A stretch of 64,000 nucleotides of DNA from Nitrososphaerales archaeon (GCA_965197925.1 CBDAOC010000019.1:288001-352000); one strand, 5' to 3'. Shown: positions 1 to 11,074, numbered from the stretch's first letter. A program made the numbers and translations. The notes: a model not told the origin generated them from the letters alone.

Positions 1-1
1 C

Positions 2-565
2 ACTGGTTTCAGGCTTGCACTTGGAGGTGCACAGGAATATTATGGCATAAAGCCAGATTTGGCTACTTTTGGCAAGGCCATCTCAAACGGATTTCCCTTG
101 GCTGCAATTACTGGAAAAAAAGAGATAATGGAACACCTAACTCCTACTGGTAGGGTGTATCAGGCAAGTACCTTTGCAGGTAATCCCATTTCCGTTTCTG
201 CAGCCATAGCAACACTCAAGACATTAAAAAACAGAACAATCTATTCCAAAATAAGCAAAACAAACGGAGAGATAGTGAAAGGAATCAAGGATAGTCTAAG
301 CAGCTTAAAATTCGAGGCCACTGTTAATTCATTAGGTTCTATGTTCCAGATATTTTTTAATAATTCATCGGTAAGAAATTATGATGACGCCAAGAAATCC
401 GATATGAAATTGTATAAACAGTTTTTCGATCAAATATTGAAAAAAGGGATTTTCGTACCTCCATCACAGTTTGAAACCTGCTTCGTTTCATATTCTCACA
501 ATAAGACCGATATCAGACAAACATTGGAAGGTTTAGATGGTGGGCTTCGAAAGGTGAAATCATGA
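2..565 (+). CDS. hemL: Glutamate-1-semialdehyde aminotransferase (5'-truncated by window)
   Basis: Frame open from base 2 (TGFRLALGGAQEYYGIKPDLATFGK); PLP-lysine motif TFGK, YQASTFAGNP, PPSQFE; followed by hemC. Confidence 0.95.
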   Translation, partial: TGFRLALGGAQEYYGIKPDLATFGKAISNGFPLAAITGKKEIMEHLTPTGRVYQASTFAGNPISVSAAIATLKTLKNRTIYSKISKTNGEIVKGIKDSLSSLKFEATVNSLGSMFQIFFNNSSVRNYDDAKKSDMKLYKQFFDQILKKGIFVPPSQFETCFVSYSHNKTDIRQTLEGLDGGLRKVKS

Positions 566-581
566 AGCTTAAGGTGAGATC

Positions 582-1523
582 GTGAAGCTTAAGGTCGGAA
601 CCCGAGGCAGTAAACTATCCATTGCACAGACACAACAGGTTTTGGACTCATTGAAGAAAGTTGAGGGGAATCTAGACTTTGAAATTATTGTAATAAAGAC
701 AAGAGGCGATACAGACGTCAGACCATTATACACCATAGATAGGAAGGGTATCTTCGAGAAGGAGATTGATGCTGCCGTACAGGATGGAACGGTTGATTTT
801 GCTGTTCACAGCATGAAGGATATTCCATCCTTTCTGCCGGAAGGTCTGACCATCGCAAGTATCCCCAAACGTGAAAGCCCATACGATGTGTTTCTAAGTG
901 ACAAGCGAGTAAAGCTTAAGGATATCAAACTAGGCTCGGTTATAGGAACCAGTAGTTTAAGACGTGTGATACAGATTAAAAGAGTTAGATCCGATGTTGT
1001 TGTAAAACCGATAAGGGGTAATATAGAAACAAGAATACGCAAGATGGTGAATAAGAAGTTCGATGCAATTGTGTTGGCAGAAGCTGGATTGAAGAGGTTG
1101 GCATTAGAGCATTTTATCGTTGAACGATTTCCTATTGAAGATTTCGTGCCACCACCTGGACAGGGTGCGATGGCCATTGTTTCAAGAAATAATAATAAAA
1201 AGTTGAACAAGATTCTCAGCAAGATAGATGATTACAAGTCCAGGGCAGAAATTACGGCAGAAAGAGCGTTGCTTTTACGAATAAACGCTGGCTGCCGGTT
1301 CCCCCTTGGGGCAATCGGAAGTGCAAATGCCAGCAAGCTTCAACTCCATGCAAGCGTTTACTCAGTTGATGGTAAAAAGCGAATAGATGTGAAGAAGAGT
1401 GGTAAGATGGCTGATGCCGAAACCCTTGGCACGAAAGTTGCCGATGAACTTGAGGAGAAGGGCGCAATGAAGATCGCTTCGCTGTGGAGGGATGCTGTAG
1501 ACAAATGGAGTGCCAAGAAATGA
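582..1523 (+). CDS. hemC: Hydroxymethylbilane synthase (porphobilinogen deaminase)
   Basis: GTRGSKL, AVHSMKD, GTSSLRR, IRGNIETR, AGC cofactor Cys. Confidence 0.97.
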   Translation: MKLKVGTRGSKLSIAQTQQVLDSLKKVEGNLDFEIIVIKTRGDTDVRPLYTIDRKGIFEKEIDAAVQDGTVDFAVHSMKDIPSFLPEGLTIASIPKRESPYDVFLSDKRVKLKDIKLGSVIGTSSLRRVIQIKRVRSDVVVKPIRGNIETRIRKMVNKKFDAIVLAEAGLKRLALEHFIVERFPIEDFVPPPGQGAMAIVSRNNNKKLNKILSKIDDYKSRAEITAERALLLRINAGCRFPLGAIGSANASKLQLHASVYSVDGKKRIDVKKSGKMADAETLGTKVADELEEKGAMKIASLWRDAVDKWSAKK

Positions 1524-2275
1524 AGGGTATTGTCTACATAGTTGGTGCAGGTCCTGGCGATCCTGGGTTGCTTACTTTGAGGGGCCTGGAACTTATCAAG
1601 GGTGCGGATATAGTATTGTACGATAGACTTGTTAGCGACCCAATACTGAATATGATACCAGGCATTGTGCAAAAGGAATATACTGGAAGGAATGTTGGCG
1701 ATGATTCCAACCATCAGGATAAAACAAATGAACTGATGTTAGGACATGCCAAGGACGGGAAGAAAGTTGTACGATTGAAAGGGGGTGATCCCTTTGTGTT
1801 TGGACGTGGTGGAGAAGAGGCCGAGTTTTTGAGGGAGCATGGGATCGATTTTGAAATTATACCCGGAGTCTCTTCTGCAATTGCATCTCCAGCATATGCA
1901 GGCATCCCATTAACACATAGAATGTTCTCATCTTCCGTTGCTGTAGTGACTGGACATGAGGATGTACAAAAGGACGGGACTAAAGTTAGATGGAAAGAGT
2001 TGGTCGACGCTGTTGATACTATAGTGGTCCTGATGGGGATGGGAAGTCTTGAAAAGATTGTAAGTGAATTGATTTTCGGAGGCGCAGATATGGTCATGCC
2101 AGTTGCTGTAGTTTGTGACGGTACAACTGAAAGACAAAAGGTTGTGCTGGGAAATCTAAGTAATATTGTGATTAAGGTAAAGGATAGTAAAGTTGGGCCT
2201 CCTGCGGTAATTGTGATCGGCAAGGTAGTGGACCTGGCAGAAAAGCTTGATTGGTTTGGTGTTAATAATGCTTGA
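1520..2275 (+). CDS. cobA: Uroporphyrinogen-III C-methyltransferase
   Basis: VGAGPGDPGLLT, RLKGGDPFVFGRGGEE; start moved to ATG 1520 (ATGA overlap with hemC stop). Confidence 0.95.
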   Translation: MKGIVYIVGAGPGDPGLLTLRGLELIKGADIVLYDRLVSDPILNMIPGIVQKEYTGRNVGDDSNHQDKTNELMLGHAKDGKKVVRLKGGDPFVFGRGGEEAEFLREHGIDFEIIPGVSSAIASPAYAGIPLTHRMFSSSVAVVTGHEDVQKDGTKVRWKELVDAVDTIVVLMGMGSLEKIVSELIFGGADMVMPVAVVCDGTTERQKVVLGNLSNIVIKVKDSKVGPPAVIVIGKVVDLAEKLDWFGVNNA

Positions 2276-2292
2276 TGGGTTTGGTGCAATGA

Positions 2293-3087
2293 ATGCTTGA
2301 AGGTAAGGTAATTGCAATAACAAGAGATGAAGAAAGTGCAAAACATTTTGTGAGCTTGGTAGAATCCAACATGGGCAAGGCAATTGCGTTACCAACAATA
2401 TCACTGGTTCCAAAAGATGCTAGCGCAATGATACAGTTTCTTGAACTGCTTAAATCAAAAAAGCATGATTACACTTTGTTCATGAGTGCAAATGCTGTCA
2501 AGATGATCTTTGATGTATTTCATAAAACGAATCGGGTTAAGGACTTTTTATCATCATTAAATAATACCATAGTTGTTGCCGTTGGTCCTCATACAAAGGA
2601 GGCTCTGGAAAATTACAATGTTGTTGTAACCATGATGCCAAAAAAATACTCTTCCTTTGGTCTGATAGATCTATTCACCCAGGGAGATAGTGTGAAGAAA
2701 AAAATTATAATACCGAGGAGCGCCGCATCAACCAAATTCCTTGCTGATTCGCTCTCCAATATTGGAATGATAGTGGATGAAGTTCATGTTTATGATGTAA
2801 AGCCAGCGGAACATTCCAAATGGTCCGATTTCATGAAGATGCTGATTTCAGGGGAGATCGACTGTTTGGTCTTTACCAGCGCTTCGTCTGTGAACTCATT
2901 CTTCGAAGTAGCAATCGGTTATGAAAAATATCAACATTTAATAGAGAAGTTAAATTCGATCAAGATAATTGCCATAGGTCCATTTACCAATGATTCCTTA
3001 TTAGAACACCAAATTAGGGCAGTAGTTGCTGATGAGCACACCACAAGCGGCACGTTTAAAGTTGCACTAAAATTGTTAGAGAAATAA
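2293..3087 (+). CDS. hemD: Uroporphyrinogen-III synthase
   Basis: IAITR, AVGPHT, VYD, FTSASSV, AIGPFT; hem operon context. Confidence 0.92.
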   Translation: MLEGKVIAITRDEESAKHFVSLVESNMGKAIALPTISLVPKDASAMIQFLELLKSKKHDYTLFMSANAVKMIFDVFHKTNRVKDFLSSLNNTIVVAVGPHTKEALENYNVVVTMMPKKYSSFGLIDLFTQGDSVKKKIIIPRSAASTKFLADSLSNIGMIVDEVHVYDVKPAEHSKWSDFMKMLISGEIDCLVFTSASSVNSFFEVAIGYEKYQHLIEKLNSIKIIAIGPFTNDSLLEHQIRAVVADEHTTSGTFKVALKLLEK

Positions 3088-3157
3088 CAATAAAAGAAGA
3101 ATTATCACAAATAATAATCTGAAAGGATGTATAAAACTTATAAAGTATGACGGGGTT

Positions 3158-4570
3158 ATGACGAGTGTGACTACACAAGGAGTATCGAGAGATTACTCAA
3201 AGTATGGTTTTAGTGATCCTGTTGAGAGCTATGTATATCTAAGCAAAAAGGGACTTTCTCGAGAAACGATAGAAAACATTAGCGATCTCAAGAAGGAACC
3301 GGAGTGGATGAGAGAGTTTAGGTTGAATGCATATGATGAATTTCTGAAGCAGAAGATGCCCAATTGGGGAGGCGATCTAAGCAAAATAGATTTTAATAAT
3401 ATCTTTTATTATGCTAAAGCATCCGACAAGAGCGAAAAGAGCTGGGACGAGGTTCCAGAGCAGATAAAAAATACATTCGAGAAACTGGGCATTCCAGAGG
3501 CAGAGCGTAATAAGCTGTTGGCTGGGGTCGGGGCGCAGTACGATTCGGAGACGGTTTATCACAGTCTAAGAGAGGATTTACAGCAGCAAGGAGTAATATT
3601 TTGTGATACAGATACTGCGTTAAAGGAGCATGAGGATATACTAAAGAAACATTTTGGTAAAATAATTCCATCTAATGATAACAAGTTTGCTTCATTGAAC
3701 GCTGCGGTTTGGAGTGGTGGTTCATTTGTTTATGTGCCGGAAGGTGAGACAATTGATCTTCCTCTACAAGCGTACTTTAGAATAAATGCAGAGAATGTAG
3801 GACAGTTTGAAAGAACTCTTATTATTGCAGAACCAAACAGCAAGTTACATTACATAGAAGGATGTACGGCACCGGTTTATAGCACAGAATCACTGCACTG
3901 TGCAGTTGTTGAAGTCATTGCAAAGAACGGAGCACAGGTTCGATACACCACATTACAGAATTGGAGTAATGATGTATACAATTTGGTAACAAAGCGTGCA
4001 TATGCGTACGAAAATGCTTTGGTTGAATGGGTTGATGCCAATATAGGGAGCAAGCTTACAATGAAGTATCCATCGGTATACTTGTTGGGGAGGAATGCAA
4101 GGGCTGAATTGCTTTCAGTCGCATTTGCTGGCAAGGGACAGCATCAGGATGCAGGGGCAAAGGCCGTACACTTGGCACCAAATACAACATCCCGTATAAC
4201 ATCCAAATCGGTTAGCAAGGATAGTGGTAGGTCAACGTATAGAGGATTACTGCATGTTGCAAAAGGTGCTACCCAAGTAAAATCAACGGTAAGATGCGAT
4301 GCGCTACTAATTGACGAAATTTCTAGAACTGATACTTATCCATATATTGAAGTAAATGAGGATGATGCAACCATCACACACGAGGCAACGGTAGGTAAGA
4401 TAGGTGAGGAACAGGTATTCTACTTGATGAGTAGAGGATTCACGGAATCCGAGGCATTGAATATGATAGTGACTGGATTCTTGGAAGTCTTTACAAAGAC
4501 ACTACCGATGGAGTATGCAGTAGAATTCAATAGGTTGATACAGTTAGAGATGGAAGGCGCGGTAGGTTAA
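3158..4570 (+). CDS. sufB: Fe-S cluster assembly protein SufB
   Basis: [31 protein letters not shown]. Confidence 0.97.
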   Translation: MTSVTTQGVSRDYSKYGFSDPVESYVYLSKKGLSRETIENISDLKKEPEWMREFRLNAYDEFLKQKMPNWGGDLSKIDFNNIFYYAKASDKSEKSWDEVPEQIKNTFEKLGIPEAERNKLLAGVGAQYDSETVYHSLREDLQQQGVIFCDTDTALKEHEDILKKHFGKIIPSNDNKFASLNAAVWSGGSFVYVPEGETIDLPLQAYFRINAENVGQFERTLIIAEPNSKLHYIEGCTAPVYSTESLHCAVVEVIAKNGAQVRYTTLQNWSNDVYNLVTKRAYAYENALVEWVDANIGSKLTMKYPSVYLLGRNARAELLSVAFAGKGQHQDAGAKAVHLAPNTTSRITSKSVSKDSGRSTYRGLLHVAKGATQVKSTVRCDALLIDEISRTDTYPYIEVNEDDATITHEATVGKIGEEQVFYLMSRGFTESEALNMIVTGFLEVFTKTLPMEYAVEFNRLIQLEMEGAVG

Positions 4571-4611
4571 TTTCTTTTTCTGATTTCCATTTTTGATTTA
4601 TTTGATTTATA

Positions 4612-6021
4612 ATGACAAATCATACTCTTTCCTCACTTAACGAAGATTATGTTAGGGCGTTGGGTGAAAAGGAGCCCAAATGGTTAGCAGAGATTAGAGA
4701 AAATTCTTTTTCTCATTATAAGAATCTGCCACTCGAGGTTTCCCCACTTTACAACAAATATTCCGGTGTAGGTGTTCTAAACCCAGAACAGGTATTTCTT
4801 TCATTAGATCGTAAAGGCAGCGAACCTCACTCCGAATTAAATCATAGGATTGGTGAAGCGAAATCAGGTATATGTGCAGTACATGTGGGTAATGAGATCA
4901 ATTCGGTTTACTTGCCGGAGGATCTTAAGAGTAAAGGAGTAGTTATTCAGAGTATAAACGAGGCATTAAAGGATCATGAAGAACTTTTTAAAAGGTTGCT
5001 TGGGAGTGGCATAGATCCAAGTGAAGACAAATTTCTTGCACTAGAGTATTCACTTTTTAATTCTGGAATCTTTGTATACATACCAAGAAATTTGGTGTTA
5101 GAAGAACCAATTACCATAATAAACACCATGACTGAGGATGGTATTTCAAATGTATCTAGAAATATATTTTTCTTGGAAGAAAGCAGTAAAGCAAGTATCG
5201 TACAGGAACTTTACTCACCACTTGGAGGAGGTGGAAAGGAACAACAAACATACTTTGAGCTGCTGGAAACACATATTGGGAATAATGCAAATCTTGAACT
5301 CGTTACGTTGCAGGCAATGAACAAAGATAATTTACACATTTCAAACAGAAAGGCATTCATAGAAAGGGATGGAAGCATAAATTGGCATATTGGTGCTTTT
5401 GGGGGCAATCTTTGCAGATACAAGGTGGATAATCTGTTAAAGGGTGAAGGAGCCTATGCAGAACATTATGAAGTTATCTTTGGAGATTCAAATCAAGCAT
5501 TTGATATAACAGCAGATCTGACTCATTTGGCACCAAACACCAGAGGGAGGATACTGGCAAAGAGCGTTTTGAAGAATACTGCAAAGTCATTGTTCAAAGG
5601 AATGATAAAGATTAGTAAGAATGCAAAGGGTTCAGAGTCATATCTTGCTGGTCATGCTGTTCTGTTGGACAAGGGAGCAAAATCTGATGCAATCCCTGGA
5701 TTGGAAATAGAAACCAATGAGGTCAAGGCTACACACTCAGCATCTGTAGCACAGATGGATGAAGATCAGGTGTTCTACTTGATGAGCAGAGGTCTTAGTA
5801 AGGATTCTACTAGACGAATCATAGTTGATGGATTCCTAGAACCATTGGCAAGAAGGGTTAGCCCAAAGGTAAGAGCCTGGATCAATTATTTGATCGATAG
5901 CAAGTGGCATGGGAGGCCTTTGATACTGAAGACTGATGATGTAATGCGCGAAATGATTGAGGTTGAAGAGGCTAGGGTAATCGATACTGATATATTCGAA
6001 AAGCACTACAAGTACAGGTGA
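4612..6021 (+). CDS. sufD: Fe-S cluster assembly protein SufD
   Basis: [25 protein letters not shown]; follows sufB. Confidence 0.93.
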   Translation: MTNHTLSSLNEDYVRALGEKEPKWLAEIRENSFSHYKNLPLEVSPLYNKYSGVGVLNPEQVFLSLDRKGSEPHSELNHRIGEAKSGICAVHVGNEINSVYLPEDLKSKGVVIQSINEALKDHEELFKRLLGSGIDPSEDKFLALEYSLFNSGIFVYIPRNLVLEEPITIINTMTEDGISNVSRNIFFLEESSKASIVQELYSPLGGGGKEQQTYFELLETHIGNNANLELVTLQAMNKDNLHISNRKAFIERDGSINWHIGAFGGNLCRYKVDNLLKGEGAYAEHYEVIFGDSNQAFDITADLTHLAPNTRGRILAKSVLKNTAKSLFKGMIKISKNAKGSESYLAGHAVLLDKGAKSDAIPGLEIETNEVKATHSASVAQMDEDQVFYLMSRGLSKDSTRRIIVDGFLEPLARRVSPKVRAWINYLIDSKWHGRPLILKTDDVMREMIEVEEARVIDTDIFEKHYKYR

Positions 6022-6025
6022 TTCG

Positions 6026-6334
6026 ATGGAGTGGGTAAAGGCAGCAAATAGCTGTGATGTTAACGAGGGCGAGATTTTAAGCGTTGATCTAAAGGGAAGG
6101 GAAATGATGATCATAAAGAAGAATGGAATTTTTCATGCTCTAGATAGAATATGCACACATGAACGTGCTGACCTTTCAATGGGTTTTCTGGGCGAAGATT
6201 ATGTTACATGTCCTCTTCATCTATCACAATTTGAGTTTCAAACTGGAAAACCTTTGAATCCACCGGCTGAAGACCCCTTAATATCTTATAAGGTTAAAAT
6301 AGAAGAAAATGTTATTTATGTTTTGCAGGAGTAA
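6026..6334 (+). CDS. Rieske (2Fe-2S) ferredoxin
   Basis: CTH...CPLH Rieske ligands; within the suf operon. Confidence 0.93.
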   Translation: MEWVKAANSCDVNEGEILSVDLKGREMMIIKKNGIFHALDRICTHERADLSMGFLGEDYVTCPLHLSQFEFQTGKPLNPPAEDPLISYKVKIEENVIYVLQE

Positions 6335-6340
6335 TTTATT

Positions 6341-7582
6341 ATGAAAACTAGTGTCATTGATATTCAAAAGATACGTCAAGACTTTCCTATACTAAGCAGA
6401 AAGATAAGAGCTAATAAACTTCTAGTTTACCTTGACAATGCTTCTACAACACAAAAACCAATACAGGTCATAGAAGCTATACATGATTATTACACGCGTT
6501 ACAATGCTAATGTGCATAGGGCTGTGTATCAACTAGCCGAAGAAGCTACCTATGCATTTGAAGGTGCAAGGGAAAAAATAGCCAAATTTATCAATGCAGA
6601 TAAAGATGAGATAGTTTTTGTTAGAAATGCAACGGAAGCCATTAACTTGGTAGCATATGCTTGGGGTAGGGAAAATGTGGAGCGCGATGATAGAGTTTTG
6701 ATAACAGAATTCGAGCATCATAGCAACATAGTGCCGTGGCAGATACTCACACAAGAAAAGAATGCAAATCTGGAATATATTCGGATAAACGATAATGGTT
6801 TAATTGTAATGCAAGATCTTCATGATGCACTGGAGAAAAATAATTTGAAACTTGTGTCCGTAAGTCACATGTCCAACGTATTGGGAACCATTGCACCCAT
6901 TAATGATATAGTGAAGGCCTGCCATGCTAAGAATGTACCGGTTCTTGTCGATGGAGCACAATCTGTTCCTCATATGCAGGTTGATGTAAAAAATATCGAT
7001 TGTGATTTTATGGCGTTTTCGGCCCACAAGATGCTTGGTCCTACAGGTGTGGGTGTCTTATATGCCAAGAAGGAATATCTTGAAAAGATGAGGCCGTTCA
7101 TAACTGGTGGAGATATGATAAAGGAAGTGCACAAGTATGAAACAAAATGGAATGATCTTCCATGGAAGTATGAGGCCGGAACTCCAAATATTGCAGATGT
7201 TATAGGTTTTGGCGTTGCCATTGAGTATCTCACTGATATAGGTATGGATAATGTAAGGGCTCATGAGAAGGAGCTCACGAGATATGCCTTGGATAATATA
7301 TCTGGTGTAAAAGGGATACAGGTCTATGGAACTGTAGATGTTGAGAAGCGGGGAGGAGTGATTTCCTTCAATTTTGGTGATATTCATCCACACGATCTAT
7401 CTACTATACTGGATGAGGACGGGGTTGCGATTAGAGCAGGACATCACTGTGCACAGCCCTTGATGGAGCTCCTTGGAGTAGCAGCTACATCTAGAGCGAG
7501 TTTTTATATCTACAACACAAAGCAGGAAGTAGATGTACTTTTGAAATCCTTAGAAAGAGCTAGACTGATATTTAGGTTATAA
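6341..7582 (+). CDS. sufS: Cysteine desulfurase SufS
   Basis: YLDNASTTQKP, EHHSN, SAHKMLGP, RAGHHCA. Confidence 0.97.
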   Translation: MKTSVIDIQKIRQDFPILSRKIRANKLLVYLDNASTTQKPIQVIEAIHDYYTRYNANVHRAVYQLAEEATYAFEGAREKIAKFINADKDEIVFVRNATEAINLVAYAWGRENVERDDRVLITEFEHHSNIVPWQILTQEKNANLEYIRINDNGLIVMQDLHDALEKNNLKLVSVSHMSNVLGTIAPINDIVKACHAKNVPVLVDGAQSVPHMQVDVKNIDCDFMAFSAHKMLGPTGVGVLYAKKEYLEKMRPFITGGDMIKEVHKYETKWNDLPWKYEAGTPNIADVIGFGVAIEYLTDIGMDNVRAHEKELTRYALDNISGVKGIQVYGTVDVEKRGGVISFNFGDIHPHDLSTILDEDGVAIRAGHHCAQPLMELLGVAATSRASFYIYNTKQEVDVLLKSLERARLIFRL

Positions 7583-7595
7583 GAGTGTGAAGAAT

Positions 7596-8033
7596 ATGGG
7601 AAGCGCTGACATTTATAGAGAAATTATTTTGGATTACTACCGGAATCCCCGAAACTATGGTAAAATGGAATCTCCCGATATTTCCATCAAAGACAGTAAT
7701 CCTTTGTGTGGTGATGAAATTGAGTTATTTGTAAAATTCGATGGAGACAAGATCATCGATGTTAAATTTACTGGAAAGGGATGTGCCATTAGTCAGGCCA
7801 GCGCATCTATGTTAACTGAAATGATCATTGGAAAGGACTTGAAGGATGTCAAGGATGTTGGTAAGGATGATATACTCGATTCTCTCGGACTACCGAATCT
7901 TGGGCCTGCGAGGATAAAGTGTGCACTATTGTCATTGAAGACACTTAAACTTGGAGTATATTCTCATGTCGCAGGGAAGCTTGGAACTGCTGATGCAGAG
8001 AAGCTCAAGGACGAGGCGGCCAAACTTTTCTAG
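7596..8033 (+). CDS. sufU: SufU/IscU-type scaffold / sulfur-transfer protein
   Basis: NPLCGD, GCAISQASAS, RIKCA; ATG 7596 preferred over GTG 7587. Confidence 0.92.
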   Translation: MGSADIYREIILDYYRNPRNYGKMESPDISIKDSNPLCGDEIELFVKFDGDKIIDVKFTGKGCAISQASASMLTEMIIGKDLKDVKDVGKDDILDSLGLPNLGPARIKCALLSLKTLKLGVYSHVAGKLGTADAEKLKDEAAKLF

Positions 8034-8039
8034 AATGAC

Positions 8040-9257
8040 TCAATTACTTTCTTTATTCCTGTTAGATGCCATTTCAAGAACTTCCATCAATGGTAATTTT
8101 TTACCTGATAAATACAATACCAAAGCTCCACCTGCTGTGCTTATATGATCTATCTGAGTACTAAGACCAAATCTCCGAAGTGCTGCAGTAAGATGTCCAC
8201 CACTCACTATGGTTGTACCCATAGAGGTTGCTACTGCACGCAGAAGGTTCTCCGTACCAAAGCTATAATCAGGCCGCTCAAATGCACCTGCGGGTCCGCT
8301 TATGAATACGGTTCCCGCACCTTTGATCAACCTCGAGTACATTTCAAGGGTTTTGTGACCTATATCGAGTATTGAATCACTTTCATCCAAATCCTCAATA
8401 TACTTTTCTTTTCTTTCTCCATTCCTTTCGACAGCAATATCAAGAGGAATAGTAAACACATTCGGATATTTGATTAAGAGTTTCTGGGCCTTTTCTTTCA
8501 GAACTTGCTCCTTTGTTATCTTGGAACTGCTTACTATTTTTCCTTGAGCAGATAGGAAAAGATTACTGATTAGCCCTGTCAACAACACCTGGTTAGCCCT
8601 TCCACTTTGGATTAGAGTATCTATTGCCTCTAGCCGGTCAGCAATTTTTGCACCACCCAGCACAACTATGAATGGTGCCTTTGCAACTGTAAGAACGTTA
8701 TCAAGAGATCCAACTTCATTGGTAAGCAACCTTCCTCCACAGGATGGTAAGAGATATGGAAAGCCAACAATAGATGGATGTGCTCTATGTCCGGAAGGAA
8801 AACAATCCAATACGCATATATCAAATAATTTGCTCAATCTCTGTACCATCACTGTTTTGGCTGCATCCGATGGGGTAAATTCATAATTTTCTTCAGCACA
8901 GAATCGGAGGTTATCCAGCACCAAAACATCACCATCATTCATTGAGAATACTCGATTTTTGGCCTCTGGGCCGATAACATCCTCAACATAATCTACTTTT
9001 TTGTTGAGTATTTGTTCAAGTACATTGGCATGTTGCTCCATCCCAATATAGTCATACCTTCCCACCCTTCCTTGGTGGGAACCAACAACCACCTTCGAAT
9101 TATTTAGATCCTTGATGGTCATACTAGCCTCTTTGATCCTACTTGGTTCAATTATGTCAAGGTTCTTTGGATGTATAGGCACATTCATATCTACACGAAG
9201 AAAGATGATTTTTCCTTTAGTGTCCATGTCATCCAGTGCAAGTATGCGCACGTCCAT
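8040..9257 (-). CDS. pgk: Phosphoglycerate kinase
   Basis: LRVDMNVP, SHQGR, NLRF, LGGAK, HISTAGGA. Confidence 0.95.
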   Translation of the reverse strand: MDVRILALDDMDTKGKIIFLRVDMNVPIHPKNLDIIEPSRIKEASMTIKDLNNSKVVVGSHQGRVGRYDYIGMEQHANVLEQILNKKVDYVEDVIGPEAKNRVFSMNDGDVLVLDNLRFCAEENYEFTPSDAAKTVMVQRLSKLFDICVLDCFPSGHRAHPSIVGFPYLLPSCGGRLLTNEVGSLDNVLTVAKAPFIVVLGGAKIADRLEAIDTLIQSGRANQVLLTGLISNLFLSAQGKIVSSSKITKEQVLKEKAQKLLIKYPNVFTIPLDIAVERNGERKEKYIEDLDESDSILDIGHKTLEMYSRLIKGAGTVFISGPAGAFERPDYSFGTENLLRAVATSMGTTIVSGGHLTAALRRFGLSTQIDHISTAGGALVLYLSGKKLPLMEVLEMASNRNKESN

Positions 9258-9358
9258 CCTATTTCACAAAAGTTTTAAAAATCTTTGGACCTTTTCGGTA
9301 TTACAAAGTAATATCAAAATCAATGAGGTTAATATTGGCCAATGAGGTAAACATCGGG

Positions 9359-9814
9359 ATGGAAGGGAAAAAAGCACCTGAATTCAAGTTAGCGGATCAA
9401 GAGGGTGCCATGGTGGAACTTTCTGACTTTAAGGGTAAAAAAGTTGTTTTATACTTTTATGTACGTGATTTCACGCCTGGTTGTACCAATCAATCCTGTA
9501 ATCTCAGGGATAATCAGGAAGAATTAAAGAGGGCTGGAATTACTACATTAGGAATTAGTCCCGACGATGTTACATCTCACAAGAAATTTTCGCAAAAATA
9601 TGAACTTTCATTTCCCTTACTTTCTGATGAGGATGCAAAGGTAGCCAAAAAATATGGAGTGTTTGGTGAGAAGACCTTCATGGGTAGAAATTTCCTAGGG
9701 GTAAAGAGGACCACTTTTCTGATCGATAAAAATGGTGTCATAGTAAAAGTCATGCCCAAAGTGAAGGTAAAGGATCATGCTAACGAAGTAATTAGTGCAT
9801 TCAAGTCCTTGTGA
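9359..9814 (+). CDS. bcp: Peroxiredoxin, BCP family
   Basis: TPGCTNQSC, GISPD, RTTFLID; start uncertain (ATG 9323 or 9359). Confidence 0.92.
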   Translation: MEGKKAPEFKLADQEGAMVELSDFKGKKVVLYFYVRDFTPGCTNQSCNLRDNQEELKRAGITTLGISPDDVTSHKKFSQKYELSFPLLSDEDAKVAKKYGVFGEKTFMGRNFLGVKRTTFLIDKNGVIVKVMPKVKVKDHANEVISAFKSL

Positions 9815-9883
9815 ATTTTCAATATTAGGTAGATCTCAATGGCTTAAAGCCTTATCAATGCTACACAAACTTAAAGATAACCT

Positions 9884-10564
9884 ATGCTGAGCATGCAAAA
9901 TGCCGTAGTAAATATTAGATCCGGTAGATTTGTCTTATTGGTAGCTATTTTCATAGCTTTGCTTGCACTTGTACAGTCCGGTTCAACCACTAGGTTTGAT
10001 GAATTGATTATTGGTAATATTGCTGATGCAAGGAATAATGTTTTAGATTTCCTAATGATATCGATAACCACATCAGCCGATCTCTTCCCAATATATTTTT
10101 CACCGTTGATAATAATTTCTATCATTCTTGTAATCAAGAGAAAGACCAGGCGAATTGGCGCAGTACTTTTATTGGCAATAACACTTTCAACTTTAACGAC
10201 ATCTTACGTCAAAGCAATTGTTGACCGAGAGAGACCATCTTACGAGTTTGAATCAAAGTTGGGCTTCGATTACGAGCCGCAGCAGGATGTGGTATCTAGA
10301 TTCGCAAGTTCTTTTCCATCAGGGCATGCGGCTAGGAGTGCTGCATTTGCTTTGGTAATAAGTTTCATGATTAGAAACCGCACTTTTCTAGGGGTATCAG
10401 CAGGTATGATCATGTGGGTATACCCAGCTGCTATTGCTCTAAGCAGGGTTTACATTGGCGTACATTACCCCACTGATGTAATTGCTGGCGTCGTCCTCGG
10501 TTTAATAGTGGCCAATATGCTGGTTAAGATTCTTAAGGTAGAGCCTGAAAAGCGGTTAAACTAG
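9884..10564 (+). CDS. PAP2-family membrane phosphatase
   Basis: KxxxxRxRP, SFPSGH, SRVYIGVHYPTD; hydrophobic helices. Confidence 0.92.
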   Translation: MLSMQNAVVNIRSGRFVLLVAIFIALLALVQSGSTTRFDELIIGNIADARNNVLDFLMISITTSADLFPIYFSPLIIISIILVIKRKTRRIGAVLLLAITLSTLTTSYVKAIVDRERPSYEFESKLGFDYEPQQDVVSRFASSFPSGHAARSAAFALVISFMIRNRTFLGVSAGMIMWVYPAAIALSRVYIGVHYPTDVIAGVVLGLIVANMLVKILKVEPEKRLN

Positions 10565-10867
10565 TTTCCGGTTTCTTCTTGGGGAATGGAATAGATTATT
10601 TATTGAAATAAAATAATTAATGAAATACATTATTAGCGATACAATTATTTTGTAATATTTTGTTGGTATAAAATATTCCACCAATATTTTTTCAGTATTT
10701 AGATCTAGGCGGACTTGGTTAATTCATCCAGCCTAATGCAAGCATATGCCTCAGGGAGTCAAGCGATTTACAATAATTCAAGCAAATCACAATAATCTTC
10801 AACATTGAAATTATTCGCTGAGATCTGAAAGGGATATGCCCGATCAACCTCATATTTTTTTCTTTAA

Positions 10868-11074
10868 ATGCTGAGATGGAATTTATCCACATCTAGACTC
10901 TGGCCAATTATGGTATATGTTAGTATAATCCCATTACCTAAAGTTGTAGCAGACAAGGGATATGATAGGGAGTATTATCATGAATTTGTCCAGGGGAATC
11001 AAAAGATACTACCCACCAATTGTATCAATCTTATTATAATGACATATTCAAGTAACGATAAATCCTTCAGTTAG
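10868..11074 (+). pseudogene. IS5-like DDE transposase fragment
   Basis: VVADKGYDREYYHEFV resembles the VVADK motif region of the element at 27635; remainder decayed. Confidence 0.6.
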
